Of a stretch of 64,000 bases of DNA, positions 1 through 10,058 are shown one piece after another. A program made the translations under genes and the position numbers. The notes under the pieces were generated by a model. It ran no database searches. It was not told where the DNA came from and was given only the letters and a program-made list of their open reading frames with translations. The DNA comes from an uncultured Bacilli bacterium (GTDB taxonomy: Bacteria; Bacillota_I; Bacilli_A; RF39; UBA660), in contig CANQOV010000001.1 in NCBI GenBank assembly GCA_947625575.1, positions 1,498-65,497 of the forward strand, written 5' to 3'. Numbering within the stretch: position 1 is the stretch's first letter; each line of letters opens with the position of its first letter.

Positions 1-399
1 ATCCTTTTAGATACCTACAGTATCTTAAATGAAGTAAACATCACTTGCCTTGATAACAGTGATTATATTCTCTATGTTTTTACTAAAGATTTATTTGATT
101 TAAAAAATACCAAATCTTTCTTTTCCATAATTGAAGATGCCAAATTAACTAACATATATACTATCTTAAACGAAGCTATCTATCCAACTAAAACTTATTT
201 TTCTTACTATGATATTCGTAATATCATCAAAAGAAACATTGACTTTACTATCTCTAAATACTCATACATCAAAAATATTGATAAATATCTAATTGACGGT
301 AAAATTTTAATTGAAAATAAATCATGTCAAATCTCTAGAAAAGATGTAAAAGTCTATAACGATATAGCCAAGACTATTTTAAAAGGAGGTAAACAATGA
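1..399 (+). CDS. 3' end of an upstream ORF continuing off-window (frame 1, stop TGA 397-399). By tad-locus position possibly a CpaE/TadZ-like protein.
   Basis: Uninterrupted frame 1 from position 1 to TGA at 397-399. It overlaps the ATG of the next gene as ATGA (translational coupling). The function call rests on synteny only. Confidence 0.3.
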   Translation: MLLDTYSILNEVNITCLDNSDYILYVFTKDLFDLKNTKSFFSIIEDAKLTNIYTILNEAIYPTKTYFSYYDIRNIIKRNIDFTISKYSYIKNIDKYLIDGKILIENKSCQISRKDVKVYNDIAKTILKGGKQ

Positions 400-1733
400 G
401 TAAAAAAAGTTTAAGTGAAATTTTTGAGTTAGAAGAAAAAACTCCCAAAACTACAAACTCTCAAACAGATTACAAAATATTTGAAGATAAAACCCTCCTA
501 GATAACTTAAGAAATAAAATAATTCAAAACATCATTGATAATGAAATACCAAGTAACAAATATCTTACAAGCTACATCAATGATGAAATAGATAAAGCTT
601 TAGTAGGTTATGACCTAACTAATCTAGAAAGAAATCATATCTTTAATTTAATTGAAAATGAAATAAATGGTTATGGTCCTATAACAGAATTACTTGAAGA
701 TAAAAACATCACTGAAATAATGGTTAATGCTCCAGATCAAATTTACATTGAATTAGACGGAAAAGTAATTAAAGATGATACAATATCATTTATCAATAAT
801 GAGCATATCATAAGAACTATTCAAAGGATGATACAGCCACTAGGCCGAACAATAGACTTAGCCAATCCAATGGTCGATTCAAGATTAAAAGATGGCTCTA
901 GAATAAATGCTGTAATTCCACCATTATCACTTAATGGGCCCGTTTTAACAATTCGTAAATTTAAAGAAAATTTAAATACAATTGATGACTTAATAAGAAA
1001 TGGTACCTTAACCCCTTACATGGCCAGATTTCTAGAAGCTGCAGTAATAGGAAAACTAAACATTTTAGTATGTGGAGGAACTGGCTCTGGTAAAACAACT
1101 ATCCTAAATGTCTTATCATCTTTTATTCCTAATGATGAAAGAATAATAACTATTGAAGACGCTGCAGAATTAAGATTAAAACAAGAGCACGTTATAACCT
1201 TAGAAACTAGAAATATGAATTATGAAAAAGAAGGAGAAGTAACTGTTCGCGATTTAGTAAGAAATTCTTTGCGTATGCGTCCAGATAGAATAATCGTGGG
1301 AGAAGTTCGTGGTAAAGAATCCTTTGATATGTTACAAGCTATGAATACAGGTCATGACGGTAGTTTATCAACACTTCATGCTAATGGTCCAATAGATGCT
1401 TTAAATAGATTAGAAACAATGGTTTTAATGGCAGGTATTCAAATCCCTGTCAATGCCTTAAGAGAATATATTGAAAAAGCAATAGATATCGTAGTAAACA
1501 TTGAAAGATTATCCGACGGTAAAAGAAAAATTACCAGCATTTGTGAAGTAATTGGTATGAAAGACGGAGAAATAAAGCTAAAAGAAATCTTTGCTTTTAA
1601 ACAAATTGGTTTAACAAAATCAAAAGAAGTAAATGGCTCATTTATTCTATATAAATATATTCCTAAAGTATACAACAAAATCAAAAGTAAAGGTATTGAT
1701 TCAATAGATGATATATTTAATTTTGAAAAATAA
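396..1733 (+). CDS. cpaF: Tad/Flp pilus assembly ATPase (CpaF/TadA, VirB11-like secretion ATPase)
   Basis: Walker A motif CGGTGSGKTT. N-terminal segment ...GPITELLEDKNITEIMVNAPDQIYIE... is typical of CpaF. RBS GGAGG upstream. 445 aa. Confidence 0.85.
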   Translation: MSKKSLSEIFELEEKTPKTTNSQTDYKIFEDKTLLDNLRNKIIQNIIDNEIPSNKYLTSYINDEIDKALVGYDLTNLERNHIFNLIENEINGYGPITELLEDKNITEIMVNAPDQIYIELDGKVIKDDTISFINNEHIIRTIQRMIQPLGRTIDLANPMVDSRLKDGSRINAVIPPLSLNGPVLTIRKFKENLNTIDDLIRNGTLTPYMARFLEAAVIGKLNILVCGGTGSGKTTILNVLSSFIPNDERIITIEDAAELRLKQEHVITLETRNMNYEKEGEVTVRDLVRNSLRMRPDRIIVGEVRGKESFDMLQAMNTGHDGSLSTLHANGPIDALNRLETMVLMAGIQIPVNALREYIEKAIDIVVNIERLSDGKRKITSICEVIGMKDGEIKLKEIFAFKQIGLTKSKEVNGSFILYKYIPKVYNKIKSKGIDSIDDIFNFEK

Positions 1734-1755
1734 CAAATAGAAAGTAGGTGATAAC

Positions 1756-2766
1756 TTGAAAGATTATTTAAACTTAATAATTCAATCTCTATTAATATTA
1801 ATCTTAATAGTAATAACTTTTCTACTATTAAGATTAAGAAAAAGTTTAATAAAAGAAAAAAGAGTAACAAAATTTGCTATCGATCCACTAAAAAAACGAA
1901 ATCTTTCTTTTTTCGATAAAATAGATATCTTATATAAAAAAGTTATCACCAAATTATCAAAATTCTTATCAAAATTAAAAATATTTGATAAATATAGCCA
2001 AAAATATGAAAAATATGTCGACCAAACCAAGATAGAAAAAACAGTTTTAATGGATTTTATTTCCAATAAAATTATGATAGGTCTATTTGCGGTAACAGTC
2101 ACAATAATTTCTGATGTTTTAAGACTAAGAGAGTTAGACATTTTACAACTTGTCGTAGCGTTTATTATCGGTTTTTTCCTAGAAGACATCTTCCTAGAAA
2201 TAGAATACAAACAAAAAATGCATATAATTGAAGAAGACTTATTTAAATCAATAACAATCATGAGTAATGCTTTCAAGTCTGGAAGAAGTATTATGCAAGC
2301 AGTAGAGCTTGTCTCAAAAGAACTAACTGGTCCAATTGCCGATGAGTTTAAAAAAATGTATATCGACTTAACTTATGGTTTAGATTTAGAAGTAGTATTT
2401 AATCGTTTTTCTAAAAGAATTGATCTTGAAGACGCTAAATACATGACTTCTTCACTAGTCATATTAAATAAAACTGGTGGTAACATCGTAAAAATATTTA
2501 ATTCTATTGAAAAAGGTTTTTATGAAAGAAAAAAATTACATGATGAACTAAAAAGTGCGACTTCACTATCAGAAATAGTCTTTAAAGTTTTAATTGCTAT
2601 ACCAGTTGTAGTATTCTTTATGATTTATCTACTAAATCCAAGTTATTTTTCTCCATTAACAACTACCATTTTAGGAAAAATAATTCTTGTTTTAATACTA
2701 TTAATATACTTATGTTATATTGTTATAGTAAGAAAAATAACCAAAGGTGGTGATAGCAATGAATAG
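1756..2766 (+). CDS. tadB: Tad pilus inner-membrane platform protein, TadB-like (T2SS-F family)
   Basis: Polytopic membrane protein with a central soluble T2SSF-like segment, directly after cpaF. 336 aa. Call by synteny plus architecture. Confidence 0.55.
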   Translation: MKDYLNLIIQSLLILILIVITFLLLRLRKSLIKEKRVTKFAIDPLKKRNLSFFDKIDILYKKVITKLSKFLSKLKIFDKYSQKYEKYVDQTKIEKTVLMDFISNKIMIGLFAVTVTIISDVLRLRELDILQLVVAFIIGFFLEDIFLEIEYKQKMHIIEEDLFKSITIMSNAFKSGRSIMQAVELVSKELTGPIADEFKKMYIDLTYGLDLEVVFNRFSKRIDLEDAKYMTSSLVILNKTGGNIVKIFNSIEKGFYERKKLHDELKSATSLSEIVFKVLIAIPVVVFFMIYLLNPSYFSPLTTTILGKIILVLILLIYLCYIVIVRKITKGGDSNE

Positions 2767-3469
2767 TAAAAAGTTTGATATAAGTACTAAAATTTACAGT
2801 ACCAAAACAATCAAAAAAATCAAAGACAAAGTATCACTTTTAGGAGTCGATAATACACTAGATCCTATAAACTTGTTAAATATCAGGCTATTTTCTTCCT
2901 TTTTTATCTTCTTTGTGTTATTATATTTTTTAGATTTCGGTTATTTAATAGCACCACTTTCAACTTTTATATTTTATAATTTATTCTTCCCTGTAGTAAT
3001 AGATCGAAAAATAGAAAAAAGAAGAAAAATATTAGAAAAAGATTCTTTATACTTCTTTGAAATATTAGCCTTATCACTAGAAGCAGGAAGAAATATAACA
3101 TCTGCTATTGAAGTAACTACTGATAATATTGATTCTTTATTATCAACTGAATTTAAAAAAGTTTTAAAAGACATTAAATATGGTAAAAACCTTGATGAAG
3201 CGTTAAATGATTTAAAATATCGTATTCCCTCTGATACCATAAATAATATTATTTTAAATATAAGAGAATCAAACATTTTTGGTAATAATGTAGTAGATAC
3301 TGTCTATAGTCAAATAGATTACATAAGAGAAAAAAGAGTAAAAGAAAAGAAAGCCGAAATTAATAAAATACCTATTAGAATAAGTGTAGTATCAGTAATA
3401 TTTTTTATACCTTTACTACTATTATTGCTACTAGGACCAATGATTGTTGAATTAATAATAGGGAGATGA
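2747..3469 (+). CDS. tadC: Tad pilus platform protein, TadC-like (T2SS-F family)
   Basis: Second paralogous membrane platform protein overlapping tadB. N- and C-terminal TM segments with a soluble middle. 240 aa. Confidence 0.5.
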   Translation: MVIAMNSKKFDISTKIYSTKTIKKIKDKVSLLGVDNTLDPINLLNIRLFSSFFIFFVLLYFLDFGYLIAPLSTFIFYNLFFPVVIDRKIEKRRKILEKDSLYFFEILALSLEAGRNITSAIEVTTDNIDSLLSTEFKKVLKDIKYGKNLDEALNDLKYRIPSDTINNIILNIRESNIFGNNVVDTVYSQIDYIREKRVKEKKAEINKIPIRISVVSVIFFIPLLLLLLLGPMIVELIIGR

Positions 3470-3473
3470 GATA

Positions 3474-4193
3474 ATGAGTGGACACTCAAAATGGGCAACC
3501 ATTAAAAGAAAAAAAGGTGCAATTGATCAAGAAAGAAGTAAAGTATTTCAAAAATTGAATCGTGAAATATTTGTTGCGGCAAAAAAAGGCGATAAAAACC
3601 CTGAAAACAATCCATCATTAAGGATGGTTGTAGATAAAGCAAAAGCCTTAAATATGCCAAAAGATCGTATTCAAGCAGCAATTGATAAAGCACATAATAG
3701 TAATGAGCAAGAAAACTATGAAAGTGTAAGATATGAAGGTTATGGTCCTTATGGAATTGCTATCATGGTGGATACTTTAACTGATAATAGAAATCGTACC
3801 GCTGGAGATATACGAAGCACATTTACTAAACGTGGTGGTAACTTAGGTACAGATGGCTCTGTAAGTTATTTATTCTCGTATCAAGGAATACTTTCCATAC
3901 CTAAAAACTATGATGAAGAAAAAATAATGGAATTAGCTTTAAATAATGATGCACTAGATTTCGATGTTACCCTTGAATCATTTGATATCATAACATCACA
4001 AGAAAATTTCATAAAGACAAAAGAAGCCTTAGAAAAAGAAGGAATAACAGACTTTCTAATAAGTGAAATAAGATATATTCCTAATAATACTGTTGCACTT
4101 GATAGTGAAAAACAAGAAAAAATATATAACTTAATTGAAGCTTTAGAAGATTTAGATGATGTACTAAACGTATATCACAACATGGAAGAATAA
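3474..4193 (+). CDS. yebC: YebC/PmpR family DNA-binding transcriptional regulator
   Basis: N-terminus MSGHSKWATIKRKKGAIDQERSKVFQKL matches the hallmark of the YebC family. 239 aa, typical size. Confidence 0.9.
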   Translation: MSGHSKWATIKRKKGAIDQERSKVFQKLNREIFVAAKKGDKNPENNPSLRMVVDKAKALNMPKDRIQAAIDKAHNSNEQENYESVRYEGYGPYGIAIMVDTLTDNRNRTAGDIRSTFTKRGGNLGTDGSVSYLFSYQGILSIPKNYDEEKIMELALNNDALDFDVTLESFDIITSQENFIKTKEALEKEGITDFLISEIRYIPNNTVALDSEKQEKIYNLIEALEDLDDVLNVYHNMEE

Positions 4194-4219
4194 AAATATA
4201 AATAAAAAGGGGTATAATT

Positions 4220-4444
4220 ATGTACTTTGAATATACTGATGAATTAGGACAATTAAATAAATACAATGTCTTGAAAATATTTACATACAAAAATGATAAC
4301 TACATTGTTTATACAAGTGATAATAGTGATATTCAAGCATCAAAATATCTTACATCAAATGATAAAATAATCTTACAACCAATACTAGATGATGTTGTTT
4401 GGAATATCGTAAACGAATATATACAAAAAGGTGATCAAATATGA
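4220..4444 (+). CDS. Small acidic protein, DUF1292-like
   Basis: 74 aa, acidic. RBS AAAGGGG 8 nt upstream. Stop overlaps the start of the next gene (ATGA). Confidence 0.4.
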   Translation: MYFEYTDELGQLNKYNVLKIFTYKNDNYIVYTSDNSDIQASKYLTSNDKIILQPILDDVVWNIVNEYIQKGDQI

Positions 4445-5640
4445 GTAAAGTAACTATTATATTTTCCAAAATAACTGGAAGACCTGACAAATGTATTATA
4501 AAAATCAATGATAAAAATTACACATTTAGAAACGAAAGAATAATAAAAGAGCTATATAATGATTTAGTTAGCTACCAAATTCCTTGCAAACGCATAAGAA
4601 AAGAAGAAAAAGTCGTTATTAAATTTTTTGATGTCAATAACTCTCTTGAAGCAATAATAAAAGAAAACAGTGAAAGAAGAAAACTACTAGGCAAGAAAGT
4701 AAATAAAAATCAAATAATAAATGGTGTTTTAGTAGCATCAATGAGTAGTTTACTATTTATTAGTACGTTTATTCATAAAGAAAATAATAAACAAAAGACA
4801 GTATTAGACACCCAAAATAAAGATTTTTCAATCATAACTGAATATGAGGGTGAAGATGATGATTTCGATGTCGTTGAAACAATAGAAACTTATGCTGCTA
4901 CTCCTGTAGTAGCACCAATGAGTACCATGAATATTCCAATAACTAAAGAAGATATTGTAAAAGAAGAGCAAGAAGAAGAAACTCCTACCCAAGTAGTAGA
5001 TGGTACAACTAGTACTTTAGAATTAGAATATGAAGATCGTTCCAACAGCACTACAGCAGCCATAACTAAAGGATTATATGCTGATTTAATAACAAAATAT
5101 GCTAATATGTATGGACTTCCAAGTGATTTAATGATTGCTTTAGCAACTCAAGAAGGACAAGTTCATCAAGAAGAAGTATCACCTGGTGGTGCTATTGGTT
5201 TAATGCAATTGCAAGTTGAAGGATCTTGGAACTGGACAGGTAAAACCATTTCAGTCTTTAACTATGATACAAACCAAACTGAAACTATAACGATTGGTAT
5301 GGATGAAAATGGCGAAATTAATCAAGATTTATTAAAAGACTTAGAGAAAAACATTTGGTATGGCTGTGCCATTGCAGCATACGACCTAGCTTATTGTAAT
5401 GGAGATTTAGCTTTAGCATTACAAACATATAACTCTGGCCCTAGTGCTAAAAATTTAAAAGATACTTATGGTGATGATTGGTTAAATTATCGTTCTAGTT
5501 TACCCGGAGACCCACTATATCTTGAACACGTATTATCTTATGTTTCTAAAGAAAATAGTAATTTATATTATAAAATAGATCAAAAAACTAATTTATTAGA
5601 AGTTAAAAACCTAGAAGAAGAAAAAGTTCAAACAATGTAA
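4441..5640 (+). CDS. Membrane-anchored lytic transglycosylase (C-terminal SLT domain)
   Basis: One TM segment (GVLVASMSSLLFISTFI), an acidic linker, then an SLT-like core ...ALATQEGQ...GGAIGLMQLQ... carrying the catalytic-Glu and GLMQ motifs. Confidence 0.6.
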   Translation: MSKVTIIFSKITGRPDKCIIKINDKNYTFRNERIIKELYNDLVSYQIPCKRIRKEEKVVIKFFDVNNSLEAIIKENSERRKLLGKKVNKNQIINGVLVASMSSLLFISTFIHKENNKQKTVLDTQNKDFSIITEYEGEDDDFDVVETIETYAATPVVAPMSTMNIPITKEDIVKEEQEEETPTQVVDGTTSTLELEYEDRSNSTTAAITKGLYADLITKYANMYGLPSDLMIALATQEGQVHQEEVSPGGAIGLMQLQVEGSWNWTGKTISVFNYDTNQTETITIGMDENGEINQDLLKDLEKNIWYGCAIAAYDLAYCNGDLALALQTYNSGPSAKNLKDTYGDDWLNYRSSLPGDPLYLEHVLSYVSKENSNLYYKIDQKTNLLEVKNLEEEKVQTM

Positions 5641-5658
5641 TAAAAAAGAAGTGATAAA

Positions 5659-6066
5659 ATGTCTATCATCAAAAAATTTATAATAGAAAGAAATAACTTA
5701 GGATACTACTATGTAGAACAAATAAAAAAACGTAAACTAACTTCCTTTACAGTGTACTATAATAAAGAAAAAATATATTATAGTGAAGATAGTTTTTATG
5801 ATACCTTTCATCAAGACAAATTTATAAAATTAACAACATTTACAAAAAACATAAAACGTGATTTAATATCATTATCTAAAACAAATGATGAAGCTTTAGA
5901 ATTATTAAACAAATTAAAGACATTTAATATTAAAACCAAAACAACATTATTAGAAGTTTTAGATAAATATAATGAAATAATATCTATAAATGATGATATA
6001 AATTTTATTAAACAATATGAAACATTAAGAAAAATAAATAAATTTGACAAGGAGAAAAAACAATGA
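5659..6066 (+). CDS. Hypothetical protein
   Basis: 135-aa ORF with an AG-rich RBS. Its stop overlaps the hisS start. No recognisable motif. Confidence 0.4.
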   Translation: MSIIKKFIIERNNLGYYYVEQIKKRKLTSFTVYYNKEKIYYSEDSFYDTFHQDKFIKLTTFTKNIKRDLISLSKTNDEALELLNKLKTFNIKTKTTLLEVLDKYNEIISINDDINFIKQYETLRKINKFDKEKKQ

Positions 6067-7382
6067 TTAATAAACCAAAAGGAACTTATGATTTATATGG
6101 AAAAGATGCAAAAGTCTTTTTATATCTTGAAGATGTTATAAAAACTCTTATGGATAGTTATAACTACGAATATATAAAAACCCCTGTATTTGAGCAATCA
6201 AATCTTTTTCATCGTGGTGTAGGTCCATCAAGTGACATAATAAGAAAAGAAACTTATGATTTTATAGATCGTGGAGATCGTAATATGACTTTAAGACCAG
6301 AAGGAACTGCTAGCATTGTAAGAAGTTATATTGAAAATAAGTTTTATGCTAATAATATTAGTCCTCAAAAATTTTGGTATATTGACAAAATGTATCGTTA
6401 TGAAAGACCACAAAAGGGTAGACTAAGAGAATTCTTTCAATTTGGCTGTGAAGCATTTGATTCAGATAGCCCAATGTTAGATGCTGAAATAATTAGTATC
6501 CCCGTATCATTATTAGAACGATTAGGAATAACTAATATAAAAGTGCGAATAAATTCACTAGGAGATGAACAAACAAGAAAATCATATAAAGAAGCCTTAG
6601 TAAATTATCTAAATGAAAAAATTGATGATTTATGTAGTGATTGCAAAGATCGTTTTACTAAAAACCCATTAAGAATTCTAGATTGTAAAATTGATAAAGA
6701 TAGTCCAATCATCAAAAATGCTCCAAAGATTACTGATTATTTAACAGATTCATCTAAAGAACACTTTGATGAAGTTTTAGAGTATTTAAATGATTTAGAA
6801 ATAAATTATGAAGTTGATCCATATATCATAAGAGGTCTAGATTATTATACTGATACTGTTTTTGAAATCGAAGCAACAATAAATGATGAAAGTATGATTA
6901 TCTGTGGTGGAGGAAGATACGATAAATTAGTAGAAGATTTAGAGGGACCACAAACTAAAGCAATTGGTTTTGCAGTAGGTATAGAAAGAATAATGTCAAT
7001 TATTGACACTTTAAAATTAGATGAAGATATCCCTAAAAATGAACTTGATACTTTTGTAGTACCATTAACCAAACAAGCTAATCATTTTGCACTTTCATTA
7101 AATCAAGCATTAAGATTAGTAGGTTTATCTTCAGAATTAGACTATAAACAAAGAAGTATAAAATCATGCTTTAAACAAGCTGAATTATTAAATGCCAAAT
7201 TTATTATTTTAATTGGCGAAGATGAAATAAAAAATGATTATGTGACTATTAAAAATTTATCAACCAAAGAAGAAAAACAACTAAAAAATCATGAAATACT
7301 AGAATATCTATTTGAACAGTTAGATAGCGATGAAGAGCATTGTTGTTCATGTCATAACAAAGATCATAAACATGAAAACTAA
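6063..7382 (+). CDS. hisS: Histidine--tRNA ligase
   Basis: Class II aaRS / HisRS motifs (…RPEGTASIVR…, …GGGRYD…) and an anticodon-binding C-terminal domain. Extra Cys/His-rich tail EEHCCSCHNKDHKHEN. Confidence 0.9.
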   Translation: MINKPKGTYDLYGKDAKVFLYLEDVIKTLMDSYNYEYIKTPVFEQSNLFHRGVGPSSDIIRKETYDFIDRGDRNMTLRPEGTASIVRSYIENKFYANNISPQKFWYIDKMYRYERPQKGRLREFFQFGCEAFDSDSPMLDAEIISIPVSLLERLGITNIKVRINSLGDEQTRKSYKEALVNYLNEKIDDLCSDCKDRFTKNPLRILDCKIDKDSPIIKNAPKITDYLTDSSKEHFDEVLEYLNDLEINYEVDPYIIRGLDYYTDTVFEIEATINDESMIICGGGRYDKLVEDLEGPQTKAIGFAVGIERIMSIIDTLKLDEDIPKNELDTFVVPLTKQANHFALSLNQALRLVGLSSELDYKQRSIKSCFKQAELLNAKFIILIGEDEIKNDYVTIKNLSTKEEKQLKNHEILEYLFEQLDSDEEHCCSCHNKDHKHEN

Positions 7383-7555
7383 ATGTCAACTTACATAAAA
7401 ATACTAGCTATCTTAATATATTTATGTTACAATTAAATTGCTAGAGAATACAACAGTAAAAACCTTACAAATAACGATAAGGGAATTAGATAAAATATTT
7501 TGTGTTGAATACTTAATTTTTCTTAAGGATCCTAATAAATATTTTGAAAATACCC

Positions 7556-7581
7556 ACCTGTAAATAAACAGGTTTTTCGTT
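7556..7581 (+). terminator. Possible rho-independent terminator
   Basis: Hairpin ACCTGT-aaataa-ACAGGT followed by TTTTCGTT. Confidence 0.3.
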
Positions 7582-7607
7582 ACCGTATTCCTAGTATTTT
7601 TTTATTG

Positions 7608-7916
7608 TTAAATCATAATAACAAATGCTACTGTATAATCTTTTTCATGAGAAATTGAAATTTTTATATTATTCCTACCAACACAATATGGAACACCATT
7701 TATATCATTTAATATTTCAAAATCTAAAAAATTATAACTTTTAGTATTATCTAAGGCTTTCATTATAGCTTCTTTTGCAGCAAATCTTCCACATAAATAA
7801 GAAAGTCCTTTCTCTTTATATAAAACTTGTTCTTTTGGTGTAAGAACTAACTCTATAAATCGTTTATTTCTATTTTTTAATCTTTTACTATAGACTATAT
7901 CGCATCCAATACTCAT
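7608..7916 (-). CDS. acpS: Holo-[acyl-carrier-protein] synthase (4'-phosphopantetheinyl transferase)
   Basis: 102 aa. N-terminus MSIGCDIVYSKRL… and …GRFAAKEAIMKAL… are typical of AcpS. Confidence 0.7.
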   Translation of the reverse strand: MSIGCDIVYSKRLKNRNKRFIELVLTPKEQVLYKEKGLSYLCGRFAAKEAIMKALDNTKSYNFLDFEILNDINGVPYCVGRNNIKISISHEKDYTVAFVIMI

Positions 7917-7981
7917 GATTCCTCCATTTATTTATATAAATATCATAACATAAAAATAACAAATAAAATATTAAAGTTTCC

Positions 7982-8010
7982 TTGAACGAAGCCCTAATAA
8001 ATGCTATAAT
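7982..8010 (+). promoter_or_regulatory. Sigma-A-type promoter for the FkbH/ACP/MBOAT cassette
   Basis: TTGAAC (7982-7987), 17-nt spacer, TATAAT (8005-8010). RBS GGTGA 8 nt before the ATG at 8031. Confidence 0.5.
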
Positions 8011-8030
8011 CTATTTATGGTGATAATATT

Positions 8031-9809
8031 ATGAAAGAACTTGAATATCCATTTGACACAGAATATTTATTAAAAAATAAAAAAAAGATGAAAAGACAAC
8101 TATTAGAAAATCCCAATTTGCTTGAAAAAAACATAGCTATTTTAGGAGGATCAACAACAAGTGAAATTAAAAATATGTTAGAAATATTTTTACTTAATTA
8201 TGGAATAAAACCTAATTTTTATGAATCTGAATACAATAAATATTATGAAGATGCAATATTTGGAAATGAACAATTAGATGAATTTAATCCAGATATTATA
8301 TATATTCATACTACAAATAGAAATATAACTGATTATCCAACTTTATATGATGATGAAAAAACTATAGATGAAATGCTAAATAATGAATACAATAAATATA
8401 AAAAAATATGGGAAGCATTAAAAAATAAATACAAAGCCACAATAATTCAAAATAACTTTGAATATCCTTTTTATAGATTATTAGGTAATAAAGATGCTAG
8501 TGATATTCATGGTAAAATTAATTATATAACCAAACTTAACCAACTTTTTTATGATTATGCTAATAGTACTACTAATTTTTTTATAAATGACATAAATTAT
8601 GTTTCAGCTTGTTATGGATTAGATAAATGGTCTAACCAATTTTATTGGCATATGTATAAATATGCTTTAGAAGTTCCTGCAATACCATACCTTTCATTTA
8701 ACATTGCAGCAATTATTAAATCAATATATGGTAAAAATAAAAAAGCTTTAGTCCTTGATCTTGATAATACACTATGGGGTGGTGTAGTAGGAGATGACGG
8801 TGTTGAAAATTTAGATATTGGTCCAGAAGTGCCACAAGGACAAGTATATTTTGAATTTCAAAAATATTTAAAAGAACAAAAAAGTCTAGGTATTATTTTA
8901 AATATAAATTCTAAAAATGAATATGAAAATGCAATTGCTGGTCTAGAACATCCAGCAGGGCTTTTAAAAAAAGATGATTTTATAATTATCAAAGCTAATT
9001 GGAATCCAAAAAACTTAAATATCAAAGATATTGCAGAAGAATTAAATCTTGGTGCAGATAGTTTTGTCTTTGTAGATGATAATCCTGCTGAAAGAAAAGT
9101 TGTATATGATTATACTCCTGGTATTGCAACTCCAGAAATAGATGTACCTGAAAATTACATAAGAATCATTGATAAAAATAATTATTTTGAAATGACTAAT
9201 TTTTCTAAAGAAGATTTAAAGAAAAGTGAACTATATAAAGATAATGCTAAAAGAAGTCAAATGATGGCTACTTTTGATAATTATGATGATTATCTAAAAT
9301 CTCTTAAAATGAAGGCAGAAATAACATCTTTTAAACCAATATATCTTGAAAGAATATCTCAGCTATCTAATAAGAGTAATCAATTTAACTTAACCACAAA
9401 AAGATATTCTTTAAGTGATATAGAGGAAGTCTATAATAGTGATAACTATATCAAAATTTATGGTAAATTAGAAGATATTTTTGGTGATAATGGCGTAATT
9501 TCAGTTGTTATTGGTAATATTAAAAATAAAGATGAATTACATATTGATTTATGGATAATGAGTTGTAGAGTCTTAAAAAGAAATATGGAATTTGCTATGA
9601 TGGACGAATTAGTTAATCAAACCAAAGAAAGAAATATCAAAACAATATATGGCTATTATTATCCTACATTTAAAAATAAAATGGTCAAAGATTTTTATGA
9701 TTTACAAGGATTTACTTTAGTAAATGAAGATGAAGACGGTAACAAAACATACAAATTAGATGTTTTAAGTTATAAAAATAAAAATAATGTAATTGAGGTG
9801 AGCAAATAA
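8031..9809 (+). CDS. FkbH-like HAD-superfamily protein with extra N-terminal domain (putative carrier-protein loading enzyme)
   Basis: HAD motif I …ALVLDLDNTLWGG… at about residue 240, followed by an FkbH-like (HAD IIIC-type) region. 592 aa. The stop overlaps the start of a carrier-protein gene. Confidence 0.55.
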   Translation: MKELEYPFDTEYLLKNKKKMKRQLLENPNLLEKNIAILGGSTTSEIKNMLEIFLLNYGIKPNFYESEYNKYYEDAIFGNEQLDEFNPDIIYIHTTNRNITDYPTLYDDEKTIDEMLNNEYNKYKKIWEALKNKYKATIIQNNFEYPFYRLLGNKDASDIHGKINYITKLNQLFYDYANSTTNFFINDINYVSACYGLDKWSNQFYWHMYKYALEVPAIPYLSFNIAAIIKSIYGKNKKALVLDLDNTLWGGVVGDDGVENLDIGPEVPQGQVYFEFQKYLKEQKSLGIILNINSKNEYENAIAGLEHPAGLLKKDDFIIIKANWNPKNLNIKDIAEELNLGADSFVFVDDNPAERKVVYDYTPGIATPEIDVPENYIRIIDKNNYFEMTNFSKEDLKKSELYKDNAKRSQMMATFDNYDDYLKSLKMKAEITSFKPIYLERISQLSNKSNQFNLTTKRYSLSDIEEVYNSDNYIKIYGKLEDIFGDNGVISVVIGNIKNKDELHIDLWIMSCRVLKRNMEFAMMDELVNQTKERNIKTIYGYYYPTFKNKMVKDFYDLQGFTLVNEDEDGNKTYKLDVLSYKNKNNVIEVSK

Positions 9810-10048
9810 TGGAAGAAATATACGAAAGATTAAATCATGTTTTTCAAGATGTATTTGATGATGAGAATATCAAAGTAAATGAAAACACAACTGCAGATGA
9901 TATTGAAGACTGGGATAGTCTTGAACATATAAATCTTGTAGTGGCAGTAGAACAAGAATTTGGTATGAAATTCAACATGAGTGAAGTTACAACAATGAAA
10001 AATGTTGGAGACATGGCTAAAATAGTTCAAGAAAGAAAAACAAAATAA
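9809..10048 (+). CDS. Acyl/peptidyl carrier protein (DltC/ACP-like)
   Basis: 79 aa with the phosphopantetheine attachment motif …EDWDSLEHINLVVAVEQEFG… (DSL). Confidence 0.75.
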   Translation: MEEIYERLNHVFQDVFDDENIKVNENTTADDIEDWDSLEHINLVVAVEQEFGMKFNMSEVTTMKNVGDMAKIVQERKTK

Positions 10049-10058
10049 GCTTATAGGA

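Noticed and set aside
1439-1870. 143-aa minus-strand ORF inside and after cpaF
   Set aside because: Low-complexity L/I/F-rich translation antisense to a well-supported CDS. Such shadow ORFs are typical of AT-rich DNA.
1782-2276. 164-aa minus-strand ORF within tadB
   Set aside because: Antisense shadow ORF with no RBS and a low-complexity product.
5659-6066. T-box leader upstream of hisS
   Set aside because: hisS overlaps the stop of the preceding 135-aa ORF and no GGTGGTACC-like motif is present. hisS appears to be translated from a longer transcript without its own T-box.
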